Assembly: GCA_051453625.1 (NCBI GenBank)
Contig: JBOZIK010000001.1
Coordinates: forward strand, 16,356,299 to 16,389,575
DNA: 33,277 bases
Reading direction: 5' to 3'
From: Welwitschia mirabilis
Lineage: Eukaryota
The notes under the pieces are model-generated. The model was not told where the DNA came from. It was given only the letters and a program-made list of their open reading frames with translations, and searched no databases. Positions 1-12,448 of the stretch are shown piece after piece (within the stretch, counting starts at the first letter, position 1; each line of letters begins with the position of its first letter). Both the position numbers and the translations under genes were made by a program.

Positions 1-3000
1 TGCCAAAGGCCCCTCTCAGGAAAATTTACCCTGGTATGCTTATGATAGTACATCATGGTATAATTGTAACATAGTGATTCAAATTTTTTTCTCTTTCTTC
101 TTTTTGTTTTTTTTAAATATTTCCCTCTTGCTTTTTATTTTTTATTCTGTTTCATTAACTTAGACTTCCCATTTTTAATAGCATTAATTAATCATTGGAA
201 TAATAAAGTAATAAAGTATATAACTAAGAGTAAGCACTAAATTAACATAATTGATAGTTTACATAAAATAGCAAAGGATATTGATTGTAGATATTGTAAT
301 ATCTTAAGATTGGCTGAATCCAATCTTTATCATATGGAAAACCACAGTAGATAATTACTTAATGATGGTAACAAGTATGGATATCAAACATAAATCAAGT
401 TAAAGATGATCAAGTAGTTTCATAACTTAAATCAGGGAATAAAGTTAAGAAAGAAGCTAGTAGATGGCCAAGGGAAGATGTTCCTTTTTGGAAAGAGGAT
501 CTTCCAAGTTAATTACTTCTATCATGTTCAAGATATAACAACAATCATCTAGAAATGTATAAAATTTTAGTCTTTGTCCATTTACTCTTTAAATTTCTTG
601 AGTTTAAAGATCAGATATCTCAATAGAGTCATTAGAATGTACCCTTTCCACATGATAAGGACTAAGCCATTTGGAGGTCAGCTTGTTATTTATAGGATGT
701 ACTCGAGTATTATGCAAAAGTAGAAATTGACCTTTTTCTACAATTTTAGCAATTTTATCCTTTACTACTATCTTAATGATAGGATTAAGTAAGGCTTATT
801 CTTGGGAAGGGTAAAGTTAAGAACTAATGATTCATGGCTTATTAGGAGTGTTATTTAAGAACATGTATTTCAAGCCATTAGGTAATTCTTTAAGTTGAAG
901 ATCATTTTCATCCTTTATAGTTGTTGAACACCCATCTTCATGTAAAAGATTTTCAATGGATCTTACATGTTGGATATCATGCTTAAGTATGGATTTAAAT
1001 TTCTCATGAAAATAATTATTGAAAGAGTGGTTTAAAAGATTTAAATTAAGGTTGTAAGGATTAGAGGATTTTAAAGATTTAAAACTAATATAAGATTCTT
1101 CCTCATCCTCAAACAAGGAAAAGTTATTAAATAAAGGAGCCTTTCTTCAAAAGGATCATGTTGAACTAATATGAATGGCCTAATGTTTTCTTTTATGTAT
1201 AATTTATATTTTATATCTTTTTCAGTGGCATCGAATACTCTAATACTAAACTTTTTGTTACCTATATGACATTCCATAATCCCTATGCAAGCATCAATGA
1301 CGAAATGGACTGTTGCACAAAAAGCTCTTCCTAAAAGTAGAGGGTATTCACCATTATGTTTAACCTTTATAATAACCACATCTATAGGGTAGAATTATTC
1401 CTTGATTTAAATCATTAAGTCTTTGATTATTCTTATAGGTTTCTTAGTTAATGCATTAGCTAATTCCAACACTATTTTGGTAGGTTTAATTCTCCCTTAT
1501 AATTCAATATTTTTACAAATGTGTAAAGGCATAATATTGACACTTGCTTCTATGTTTATTAGAGCTTTTATGATTTTCTTATTTCCTTCTAAAATAACAC
1601 TAACAGTGGCTACCCCTGGATCTTTAAACTTAGGACATTTATGAGAAACTAAGTTGGAAAGAGATTGAGCAATAAATACTTTACTTGGAATTACTCTCTT
1701 TTGTTTTGTTTTTACTATGTCCTTTCAAATTTTTTTGTACTTGGATTGTATTAAAGGATCTTCTAAAAGGATAGGTTGATAATGTCATCATTCATAATTA
1801 TTTTCAAACATTTACCCTAAGTTGGATTATTATGTAATCTCTTCAGTCATGGGGTAGACTTCTTCTTAAGATGTTGATTGTTGTTGTTGGATTTAGGAAA
1901 GTTTAGTTGATTAAGAGTTTTAATATCATCTTCTTGAGGTTTTTCTTTATGGACAAAAGTTAAAGGTTTCTCATGAGGAATAGTATTATGTCCAACTCTA
2001 GTTACTACTTTCCAATCTTTTATTACATCATTTATATTTGGAATAGTTTGAGTGGCAAGTGATCCTTGAGGTCTTTGATTTCCTAACATGTTTTGATAAA
2101 GGAGGCTAATTAAATTTTCTATATTTTTATTTTGATTTTCTAAGACCTCATTGGTGGTATCTTATGTCTTTTTAAGTTCCTCCATCATTTCTTTATGAGG
2201 ATCATTTTTATTGTAGTTAAAAAAATTAGGCTGGGAGTTATGATTTCTATATTTATTATCAAATAAAGGTTGGAAAGATGTTGAAGGTTTATTATTTCTT
2301 GGTGGATATTATTGGCTTCCTATAAAGTTCTTTGGCCTTTGATCGAATGCATAAGCTTTATTAAATATGTCATTTCTACAAGTTAATAAAGCTAGAAATT
2401 CCTTAGTAGAGTGATAATTTTCATCACATATTTCGCAATGGTTGAGTTGATTTAGCAATTTTGTTTCAGTTAAAACTTTTTGGTAACTCTCCAATGTGCT
2501 AGTAAGATCACTAATTAGGGTGTTAACCTTTGGTTGTTCTTCTTCATATTGCATTTTTTTGAGTCTTTAAGAATTTCACCTATAGTTCTAGTATCTTTAC
2601 ATATAGTTTTTGGCTAATTTTGACTTCTTTATATAAGGTCTTATTCAAGAATTATCTAAGATTAAATTAAGTAAACCTCCACCACATGAAAAATCTACCA
2701 TTTGTCTGGTTTGACTATTTAATCCACTATATAAATGATTAATAAGTTCTTTTTTTTAAAACTTATTCACTGGATTGCATGATATCACAATTAAGAATCT
2801 TTTATATGTTGAGGAATACTCTTCATGAAGGTATTATTAAAAATTCATTACTTATTTTCTTCTTGTCCTCATGACTGTCTCATTCATGAACTATTTGATA
2901 AAGTCTTCTTCTACATGATTCCATGACTTACAACTTCTATATGAAATGGTTTTAAGTCAATTCTTTGCTTTTCTTTTTAAGATAAATGAAAAGGCTATTA

Positions 3001-3564
3001 TGTAGGTCCTATCCAAAGTTTTATTGTCCTCATTTCTTGAGGTAAGGGTGAGTTATTCAGTATCAACTATGTGTTGGAATGGGTCTTCATTAGCTTCTTC
3101 AGAAAAGATAGGATAAGCATTCAAGTTTTTAAACTCTATATCATCTCCAAGGGGTAGGTCAAATAGGTTTTGAAGTTCCCTTTCTTTGTTGGATAACATA
3201 TCCTTTAAAGTAACATTTGGATTAGAATATTTATTGGATGTCATAGACATGATAGTATTAGGATGATAACACAAAAGAGGAGAAGCAAGATTTTTAGTAG
3301 AACTTTGTTAATTTTTAGAAATTTTCAAAGACTTAGGAGTATGCAAGTAAGAAATAGTAAACAAAGAATAATGGTCTTGCTTGATTCAAGAATTAAATTT
3401 TTTTTTCTTATCTTAGTTCTTGAATTGAAGTTCACCAAACCTTCTTTGATTACATTTTTCTCAAGAAAATGTTTTTCATGAGTGTATTTGCCTTTGCTAC
3501 TATTTACCATTTCCTATAAGATCAATTTATGTTAAACAAACTTCTTTACATTTAAGTGGCATCA
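1..3564 (-). mobile_element. Athila-like Ty3/gypsy non-autonomous element, internal region, unit A (decayed gag-protease-RT stub-integrase tail and start of the 3' non-coding region)
   Basis: Minus-strand translation from the ATG at 3510 gives gag motifs (NAYPIFSEEANEDPFQH, CEICDENYH, QRPQGSLATQTIPN), an aspartic protease (ALINIEASVNIMPL at ~1525-1565, degenerate ALxDLGAS; YPLLLGRAFCAT), the linker LQLKELPNGLKYMFL and the integrase tail (KLTSKWLSPY...RVNGQRLKFY). It is collinear with 7442-10960 and has many stops and frameshifts. Confidence 0.9.
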
Positions 3565-3664
3565 NNNNNNNNNNNNNNNNNNNNNNNNNNNNNNNNNNNN
3601 NNNNNNNNNNNNNNNNNNNNNNNNNNNNNNNNNNNNNNNNNNNNNNNNNNNNNNNNNNNNNNNN

Positions 3665-5453
3665 GTGCATCATTTCTCTACAAGGATCATTTTTATTGTA
3701 GTTGGGAAAATAGGGTTGAGAGTTTTGACTTCTGTATTTATTATTAAATGAGAGTTGGAAAGATGTTAAAGATTCATTAGTTCTTGGTGGATATTATTGG
3801 TTGCTTCCAAAGTTTTTTGGCCTTTAATTAAATGCATAAACTTCATTGAATATGGCATTTTTACAAGTTGGTAAAGCTGGGTCTTCTTTGGTAGAGTGAT
3901 AGTTTTCATCACATATTTCACAATGGTTGAGTTAATTTAGCAATTTTGCATCAGTTAAAGCTTTTTTGTAACTCTTCAATGTGCTAGTAAGATCACTAAG
4001 TAGAATGTTAACCTTTGGTTATTCTTCTTCATATTGCACTTTTTCGGAATCTCTAAGCATTTTACCTACAGTTCTAGTATCGTTACATGTAGTTTTTGGC
4101 CAATTTTAACTTCTTTCCACAAGGTCTTCTAATAAGTTTCAAGCATTGTTTAATGTTAAATTAAGTAAATATCCACCACATGAAAAATATACCATTTGTC
4201 TGGTTTGACTATTCAATCCACTATAGAAATGATTAAGAAGTTCTTATTTTTCAAATTCATTAACTGGGTCGAATGACACAACAATCAAGAATCTTTCATA
4301 TGTTGAGGAATAATCTTCATGAGGGTATTGTTGAAAATTTGTTACTCCTTTTCTTCTTGTCCTCATGACTGTTTCATTCATGAACCATTTGATAAAGACT
4401 TCTTGTACATGATTTCGTGACTTAAGACTTCTATGTAAAATGGTTTTAAGCCAATTCTTTGCTTTTCCTTTTAAGGTAAATGGAAAGACTATCATGTAGG
4501 TTCCATCTAAAATTTCATTTTTCCCATTTCCCGAGGTAAGGATGAGTTGTTCAATATCAGCTATGTGTTGAAATGGGTCTTCATTAGCTTCTCCAGAAAA
4601 GATAGGATAAGCATTCAAGTTTTTATCTCTACATCATCTCCAAGGAATAGGTCAAATAGGTTTTGAAGTTCCCTCTTTTTTTTGGCTAACATACCCTTTA
4701 AAGTAATGTTTGAATTAGAAGATTTGTTGAATGCCATATAGGTGATAGTATTAGAATGATAACACAAAAGAGAAAAGGCAAGAATTTTAGCAGAACTTGG
4801 TTGATTTTCAGAAATCTTCAAAGACTTAGGAATATGAGAATAAGGAATAGTAAATGCAGAATAATTGTTTTGTTCAATTAAAGAATTAAATTTTTCTATC
4901 TCACCTCTAGTTCTTGAATTAAAGTCCACCAAACCTTCTTTGATTACTTCATTAAGAAAATGTTTTTGATGAGTGTATTTGCCTTTGCTGCTATTTACCA
5001 TTCCATGTAAGATCAATTTATGTTAAATAAACTTCTTTACATTCAAGTGGCATCAATCTCCAGGATTACTCAAAGGTGCAAGGAGTAGGATCTACCAAAT
5101 GAATGTGGTAATCACTTAGATCGCACAAAGCGTAAAGTGTAGGCTAAGTTTGTTACAAATAAAAATCAATATGGTAATCCTCAAGATTAGATGAAGTGTG
5201 AGCGATAGACCTAATAGATTGCTAAATTGAAATATGAGTTCTTAAAATTTCACTTGAAAGTAAAGAAAGGAAAATTATAAGAAATAAAAATTACAATTTT
5301 TAAGAAAGAATATTAAAGTACATTCAAAATGATTAGTCAAAAAATTACTTGTAAACTACTCAAATAAACAAATTGAAATGAATTCAAAATACTTAATTAA
5401 GTAATGACAATCTTTCTTTTTTTTTGAAGTCTTCCCTGGTAATGATGCCAAAA
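3665..5453 (-). mobile_element. Athila-like element unit B: PBS, leader and 5' half of gag
   Basis: ORFs 4615-5016 and 4244-4618 (FPFTLKGKAKNWLKT...VTNFQQYPHEDYSSTYERF) are Retrotrans_gag-like. The region is a diverged duplicate of 2182-3564 across a 100-N gap. Confidence 0.88.
5433..5450 (-). promoter_or_regulatory. Degenerate primer-binding site (tRNA-Asp type, Athila) of unit B
   Basis: The minus strand reads TGGCATCATTACCAGGGA, 3 nt after the LTR end. It differs from the Athila PBS TGGCGCCGTTGCCGGGGA only by C>T and G>A transitions. Confidence 0.85.
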
Positions 5454-6507
5454 TGTTGCAATGCATATTTGTGCTTCTAATTTTAATATTCTAAATATTA
5501 AATTTAACTTGAAACATCTAAAAATCTAATATTCTAATTACACATAATACACATTTATATAGTGGGATCAATCCAAATGTCATATAGTTAGAGAAGACTT
5601 TATAAAGAGGATATGAAAAATTGCTTTCATAGAGAGAAGAACAAATATTTTGGACTTTTGATCTTAAGGAAATAAAATTAAATAATGCAAAGATGAAGAT
5701 ATAATGCAATGCAATGTAATGAAATAAAATGCAATGTAATGAATGCAATTCTAATGTAATGAATTAATTAAACTTTCAATCTACTATCACTTACATTGAT
5801 CATTATAATCTATTTTAATTACAAATTCATGTCACTTAAATTACAATTAAGATAAGCTATAAGAATGAATAATAAAACATTTAAAAATATTTCAATTCTA
5901 TTAATACTTTTATTAATGAAATTGAAGTACATCCACTTATGATAGCTCCTCAATAAAAGATTCACTGCCTAACATCAAGGTGATTCTTCTCACTAGTAAG
6001 ATGAATCTCCTTGCCTTCAATAATGTACAATTATCAAAAGGATGTAGATGTAGAAGATGATGTTGAATAGGGTCTAAAAGAACCTATTTATAGGTTGGGA
6101 TAGATTGCTAAAGGGTGTGAAACAAAGAGGTTCAAGCTGAATCAACCCTTTCATAATAATTTTATTAAATTTACAAATTATTTTGAGTGTCATCCCTTGT
6201 GTCATCCCCATAACATAAATGACAACACCATGTTAAAAATAATGATTGTCATCCTAATCATCATTGTCATCACACATAGGATGACCATATTATATTGTCC
6301 CCATGATAGTGAGGACGATCAATATATTTTTATTATTTTACTTTTGTTGGTCATTATCTAAAAATGGCTTCTTATTTGAATATTATTACGTATTTTGGCC
6401 TATATGGAAGTTTCGTAGAATTTGTATAAATCCTTAGAAAAACTTGTCAATAGGACCTGAAAATATACTCCACAAGTATATTAAATAGATAAGTTAGCAT
6501 CATAACA
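5454..6507 (-). repeat. LTR 1 (~1054 bp), shared: 3' LTR of unit C and 5' LTR of unit B
   Basis: TGTTGCAATG...CATCATAACA termini; alignable over its full length to 11402-12448; TATA-like CCTATAAATAGG on the minus strand at 6083-6094; PPT on one side and PBS on the other. Confidence 0.92.
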
Positions 6508-6543
6508 TATCCTCCAACTTAGCATTTGTCAGTCCCTAACAAA
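6508..6543 (-). promoter_or_regulatory. Polypurine tract / 3' attachment region of unit C
   Basis: The minus strand reads TTTGTTAGGGACTGACAAATGCTAAGTTGGAGGATA directly before the LTR, resembling the Athila motif (GAGGAC..GCAA....TAAGT.TGGGGG). Confidence 0.75.
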
Positions 6544-7899
6544 GTAAGTAAATAAGAATTTTTGAGTCAACTAACAGGAAAAACTAAAAACAAGTATATC
6601 ATTTAGATTTAAGAGTACAACATGTGAAATACATCTATGAAAAAGCATAAGTAAAATTGATGTATATTATAAATCATTAAGTTTAACATTATAGAAAAGT
6701 TACATAAGTCATTAAGGAAAGGTAAAGTAGGATAATAATTACATAATTAAAAGTTTAAGTAATAGAAGAGGTTATAAAAAGGAAGATCATTAAGGAAAAG
6801 GAGATTATCAATACTATCATGTAAAAGAATGGTCAAGGCAGAGGTGAATTTGATTTAGTGTATAATAATCAAGTAAAAAAAATGTAACAAGTAAATTAGA
6901 AAATGACAAAGTACTAACTATTATTTTGAAAGAGGTGAGAAAAATAACTTTGAGAAGATAAACCCTCAAACTAATATAAGACAAAAAGAAAAATTAACAA
7001 GATAAAATGTGAAGAATATTAACTTTTTTCCCTCTAAAATTTTAACTTAGCAAAATTTCTTAGTAAGGTAATAATGCTACTTTATAGAAATGCATGATTC
7101 AATATAGAACACCATAGAATACCATTTAAAAAAAAAGTGATGATGATAATATGTACTGATTATATTTAGAAAGGTATCAAGTTATGTTTGTACTATGATT
7201 CAATCCATCTTCAGCTATTACAACCATAGTAATTTGATATGATATCATCCTATAATCAATATGCTCATATTCTCATGAATTTTATGCATCATAGTGATGG
7301 TAGTTAATGTGTTATTAAACAATACCATTCATCATGATAAGGGGAGTGCAACCATTGCCAAGAGAATAAGGACCTATAAGCTGAAGCTAGATCATAACCA
7401 ACTAATCCTTTGATGGAGTTCCTATGGCTACCATATCACACTGCCAAAGGCCCCTCTTGGGAAAATTTACCTTGGTGTACTTATGGTAGTGCATCATGGT
7501 ATAATTACAAGAGGGTGATTCATTTCTTTTCTTTCTCTTTTTTTTTTAATATTTTCCTTTTGATTTTCATTTTTTTTGTTCTTTTCCATTAACTTATACT
7601 CCTCATTTTTAACATCATTGATTAATAATTAGAATAATCAAGTAACATAGTATGTGACTGAGAGTAAGCATCAGATTAACATAATTGATATTTATGATAA
7701 AATAATCAAGGAGATTGATATAGATATTGGAATATTTTAAGATTAGCTAAATCCAATCATTATCACATGAAAACCCAAAGTAAAGAATTACTTAATCACG
7801 GTAACACCTGTGGAATTCAAATATAAATCAAGTTAAAGATTATAAAGTAGTCTCATAACTTAAATCAAGGAATAAAGCTAAGAAAGAATCTAGTACATC

Positions 7900-10800
7900 A
7901 CCAAGGGAAGATCTTTCTTTTTGTAAAGATGATCTTCCAAGTTAAGTGCTTCTATCATGTTCAAGGTATAACAATAATCATATAGAGATGTATAACATTT
8001 TAGATTTATTCATTTACTCTTTGTATTTCTTGAGTTTAAAGATTAGATATCCTAATAGAGCCATTAGAATATACCCTTTCCCCATGATAAGGGTCAAACC
8101 CTTTGGAGGTCAGCTTGTTATGTATAAGATGACTCAAGTATTATGCAAAAGCACAAATTAACCTACGTTTATAAGTTTAGCAATTTTTTCCTTGACTACT
8201 GGCTTAATGATAGGATTAAGTAAGGCTTTTTCTTAGAAAGGATAAAGTTGAGAACTAATGATCAATGGCTTATTAGGAGTGTTATTTAAGAACATGTATT
8301 TCAAGTTGTTAGGTAATTCTTTAAGTTGAAGATCATTTTCATCCTTCATAGTTGTTAAACAGCCATCTTGATGTAAAATACTTTCAATGAATCTTAAATG
8401 TTGGATGTTATGCTCAAGTATGAATTTAAAGTTATCATGTAAATAATTATTAGAAGAGTGGTTTAAAAGATTTGGATTAAGGTTGCAGGGGTTGGAGGAT
8501 TTTAAAGATTTAAGACTAATAGAAGATTCTTCCTCATCCTCAAACAAGGTAGATTTATGTAAAGAAAGAAGCCTTTCTTCAAAAGGATGATGTTGAACTA
8601 ACATGGATGGTATAAATTTTTCTTCTATATCTAATTTATCTTCTTTGTCTTTTTTAATGTCAACAAATACTCTGATACTAAACTTTTTATTACCTATATG
8701 ACATTCCATCATTCCTATGTGATTATCAATGACACAATGGGTTGTTGCACAAAAGGATCTTCCTAAAAGTAGAGGGTATCCACCATTATGTTTAACCTAT
8801 ATAATAACCACATCTATAGGGTAGAAATATTTCTTGATTTGAATCACTAAGTCTTTGATTATTCCTATAGGTTTCTTAGTTGATGCATCAGCCAATTCCA
8901 ACACTATTTTGGTNNNNNNNNNNNNNNNNNNNNNNNNNNNNNNNNNNNNNNNNNNNNNNNNNNNNNNNNNNNNNNNNNNNNNNNNNNNNNNNNNNNNNNN
9001 NNNNNNTTCTTATCTCCTTATAAAATAATACAAATAGTTACTACACCTAGATCTTTAAAATCAAGACATTTCTGAGAAACTAAGTTGGAAAGAGATTGAG
9101 CAATGGATACTTTACTTGGGGTTACTCTATTTTGTTTTGCTTTTACCAAGTCCTTCCAAATTTTGTTGTACTTGGGATTTTCTTAAAGGATCTTTCAAAA
9201 GAGTAGTTTAATAGTAACATCATTTATAATTGGTTTCAAACATTCATCATAAGTTGGATTGTTGTATAATCTTTTCAGCCATGGGATAGTCTTCTCCTTA
9301 GAGTGTTGGTTACTCTTGTTCAATTTAGGAAAGTTTAGTTAATTAATAATTTCAATATCATATTCTTGAGGTTTTTCTTTATGGACAGAAGTTAAAGGTT
9401 TTTCATGGGGAGTAGTGTTATGTCCACTTCTAGTTACTACTTTCCAATCTTTCGTTACATCATTTGAGTTTTAAATAGTTTGAGTGGCAACTGATCCTGA
9501 GGTCTTAGTTTCATAACATGTTTTGATGAAGGAAACCAATAAAATTTTTTAAGTTTTAATTCTAATTTTCTAAGATCTTATTGATGGTATCTTATTTCTT
9601 TTTGAGTTCCTCGATCATTTTTCTATAAGGATCATTTTTATTATAGTTGGATATATTGGGCTGAGAGTTTTTATTTTTGTATTTGTTGTCAAATGAATGT
9701 TGGAAATATCTTGAAGGTTCACTATTTCTTGGTTGGATATTATTGATTACCTCTAAAGTTATTTGAACTTTGATTTATACAAGTTGGTAAATCTAGANNN
9801 NNNNNNNNNNNNNNNNNNNNNNNNNNNNNNNNNNNNNNNNNNNNNNNNNNNNNNNNNNNNNNNNNNNNNNNNNNNNNNNNNNNNNNNNNNNNNNNNNNNN
9901 NNNNNNNNNNNNNNNNNNNNNNNNNNNNNNNNNNNNNNNNNNNNNNNNNNNNNNNNNNNNNNNNNNNNNNNNNNNNNNNNNNNNNNNNNNNNNNNNNNNN
10001 NNNNNNNNNNNNNNNNNNNNNNNNNNNNNNNNNNNNNNNNNNNNNNNNNNNNNNNNNNNNNNNNNNNNNNNNNNNNNNNNNNNNNNNNNNNNNNNNNNNN
10101 NNNNNNNNNNNNNNNNNNNNNNNNNNNNNNNNNNNNNNNNNNNNNNNNNNNNNNNNNNNNNNNNNNNNNNNNNNNNNNNNNNNNNNNNNNNNNNNNNNNN
10201 NNNAATCTTTCATATGTTGAGGAATAATATTCATGAGGGTATTGTTGAAAATTTATTACTTCTTTTCTTCTTGTCCTCATAATTGTCTCATTCATGAACC
10301 ATTTGGTAAATACTTTTTATACATGATTCCATGAATTAAGACTTCTATGTGGAATGGTTTTCAGCCAATTCTTTACTTTTTCTTTTAAGGTAAAAGAAAA
10401 GGCTATCATGTAGGTCCTATTTAAAATTTTATTTTTCCCATTTCCTGAGGTAAGGATGGGTTATTTAATATCAACTATGTGTTGGAACAGGTCTTCATTA
10501 GCTTCTCCAAAAAAGATAGAATAAGCATTTAAGTTTTTAAACTCTACCTCATCTCCAAGGAGTAGGTCAAATGGATTTTGAAGTTCCCTCTTAACATATT
10601 CTTTAAAGTAACATTTGAATTAGAAGATTTGTTGAATGCCATAAAGGTGATAGTATTAGAATGATAAGGCAAAGAGGAGAGGTAGGATTTTTAGTAGAAC
10701 TTGGTTGTTTTTTAGAAATTTTTAAAGACTTAAGAGTATGCGAGCAAGAAATAGTAAATGAAGAATAATTGTCTTACTTGATTAAAGAATTAAATTTTTC

Positions 10801-10903
10801 TTTTTCACCTCAAGTTCTTAAATTAAATTCCATTAATCCTTCTTTAATTGCTTTATTAAGAAAATGTTTTCATGAGGTATTTGCCTTTGTTGCTATTTAC
10901 CAT
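7900..10903 (-). pseudogene. Decayed gag-protease-(RT stub)-(integrase C-terminal) polyprotein of unit C
   Basis: ORF 8233-8712 (…DLQLKELPNNLKYMFLNNTPNKPLIISSQLY) and ORF 9759-10295 (MRTRRKEVINFQQYPHE); same architecture as unit A. Confidence 0.85.
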
Positions 10904-11380
10904 TCCCTATAAGATCAATTTATGTTAAATAAACTTCTTTACATTCAACTGACATCAATCTCTAGGATTACTCAAAGGTGCAAGAAGTAAGATCTACTAA
11001 ATTAACATGGCAATTACTTACATGAAGCATAAAGTATAGGCTAAGTTTGTTGCAAATAAAAATCAATGTGATAACCCTCAAGATTACACGAAGTATGAGG
11101 GGTAGACCTAATAGATTACTGAATTAAAATATGAATTCTTAAAATTTCACTTGAAAGTAAAGAAAGGAAAACTATAAGAAATAAAAGTTATAATTTGCAA
11201 AAAAAGAAATTAAAGTACATTTCAAATGAATAATGAAATAAATACTTGTATACCAAAAGGTAATCAAGCAATTGCAAATAGATTCAAAAGGATAAAATAC
11301 AATAATACTAAAATAAACAAATTAAAATGAGTTCAAAATACTTACTTAAGTAATAACAATATTTCTTTCTCTTTAAATCT

Positions 11381-11398
11381 TCCATAGCAATGGTGCTA
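11381..11398 (-). promoter_or_regulatory. Degenerate tRNA-Asp-type PBS of unit C
   Basis: The minus strand reads TAGCACCATTGCTATGGA, 3 nt from the LTR end, at the same position as the PBS at 5433-5450. Confidence 0.8.
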
Positions 11399-11401
11399 AA
11401 A

Positions 11402-12448
11402 TGTTGTGATGTATATTTTTTCTTTTAATTTCAATATTCTAAAAATTAAATTTAACTTGTAGCATCTAAAATGCTAATATTATAATTACATGCAATAGAC
11501 ATTTTTAAAGTAGAATCAACCCAAATATTGTACAGTTAGAGAAGACTTTTGAAAGAGAACATGAAAAATTGCTTTCATAAAGAGAAGAATAAATATTTTG
11601 GATTTTTAATTTCAAGGAAATAAAATTAAATAATGCAAATATGAAGATGGAATGTAATGCAGTGTAATGAAATGAAATGCAATGTAATGAATACACTTTT
11701 AATGTAATGAATCAATTAAACTTCTAATCTACTACCACTTAGATTGGTTCTTATAGCCTATTTCAATTACAAATTCATGTCACTTAAATTATAGTTAAGA
11801 TAAACTATAAGGAAGAATAATAAAACATTTGAAAATATTTTAATATAATCAATACTTTTATTAAGGAAATTTAAGTACATTGACTTACGAAAATAACTAT
11901 TCAATAAAAGATTCACTGCCTAACACCGAGTTGGTCCTTCTTACAAGGAGGATAGATATTCTTGCCTTCAACAATCTTTAATTATCACAAGAATGTAGGT
12001 GTAGAAGATGATGTTTAATAGGGTCTAAAAGGGCCTATTTATAGGTTGGGATAGGTTGATTAAGGCTGTGAAATGAAGAGGTTTAAGTTAGATTCATTCT
12101 TTCATAACAATTTAATTAACTTTATAAATTATTTTGAGTTTTGTCCCTTATATCATCTCATAACATAGAGGATGATCTGATCATTATCCCAACCATCGTT
12201 CCCTCAACACAGAGGATGATGGCATCTCCTCTATTATCTCCATGATAGTGAGGATGACCAATATATCTTTAATATTTTGCTTTGGTTGATCATTATCCAA
12301 AAATATCCTCTTATTTGAAATATTACTGCATATTTTGATCTGTATGAAAGCTTTATAGAATTTGCATAAATCCGTAGAAAAACCTGTTAATAGGACCTAA
12401 AAATGTACTCCACAAGTGTATTAAATTGGTTAAGTTTGCATCACAACA
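11402..12448 (-). repeat. LTR 2 (~1047 bp), 5' LTR of unit C
   Basis: Perfect 10-bp terminal inverted repeat TGTTGTGATG...CATCACAACA; homologous to 5454-6507; TATA-like motif at 12034-12045. Confidence 0.93.

Larger units (their letters stand above)
5454..12448 (-). mobile_element. Complete non-autonomous Athila-like LTR retrotransposon, unit C (~7.0 kb)
   Basis: 5' LTR 12448-11402, PBS 11398-11381, decayed gag-PR frame from the ATG at 10903 to ~7900, ~1.4 kb 3' non-coding region, PPT, 3' LTR 6507-5454. No RT, RNase H or integrase core is visible, and the two internal gaps fall in gag and protease by collinearity with unit A. Confidence 0.9.

Noticed and set aside
1423-1644. Small plus-strand ORFs over the retroelement (1423-1644, 3263-3481, 7410-7592, 7946-8161)
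   Set aside because: Antisense shadows of gag-pol or non-coding DNA with no recognisable motifs.
5518-5748. ORFs 5518-5748 and 11505-11696 conserved in two places
   Set aside because: They lie within the LTRs over an (AATGY)n low-complexity tract, so conservation reflects LTR homology.
9740-10295. Long ORFs in the track containing X runs (also 14156-14690, 16509-17513, 26803-27522, 32675-32866)
   Set aside because: Artefacts of translating through N gaps.
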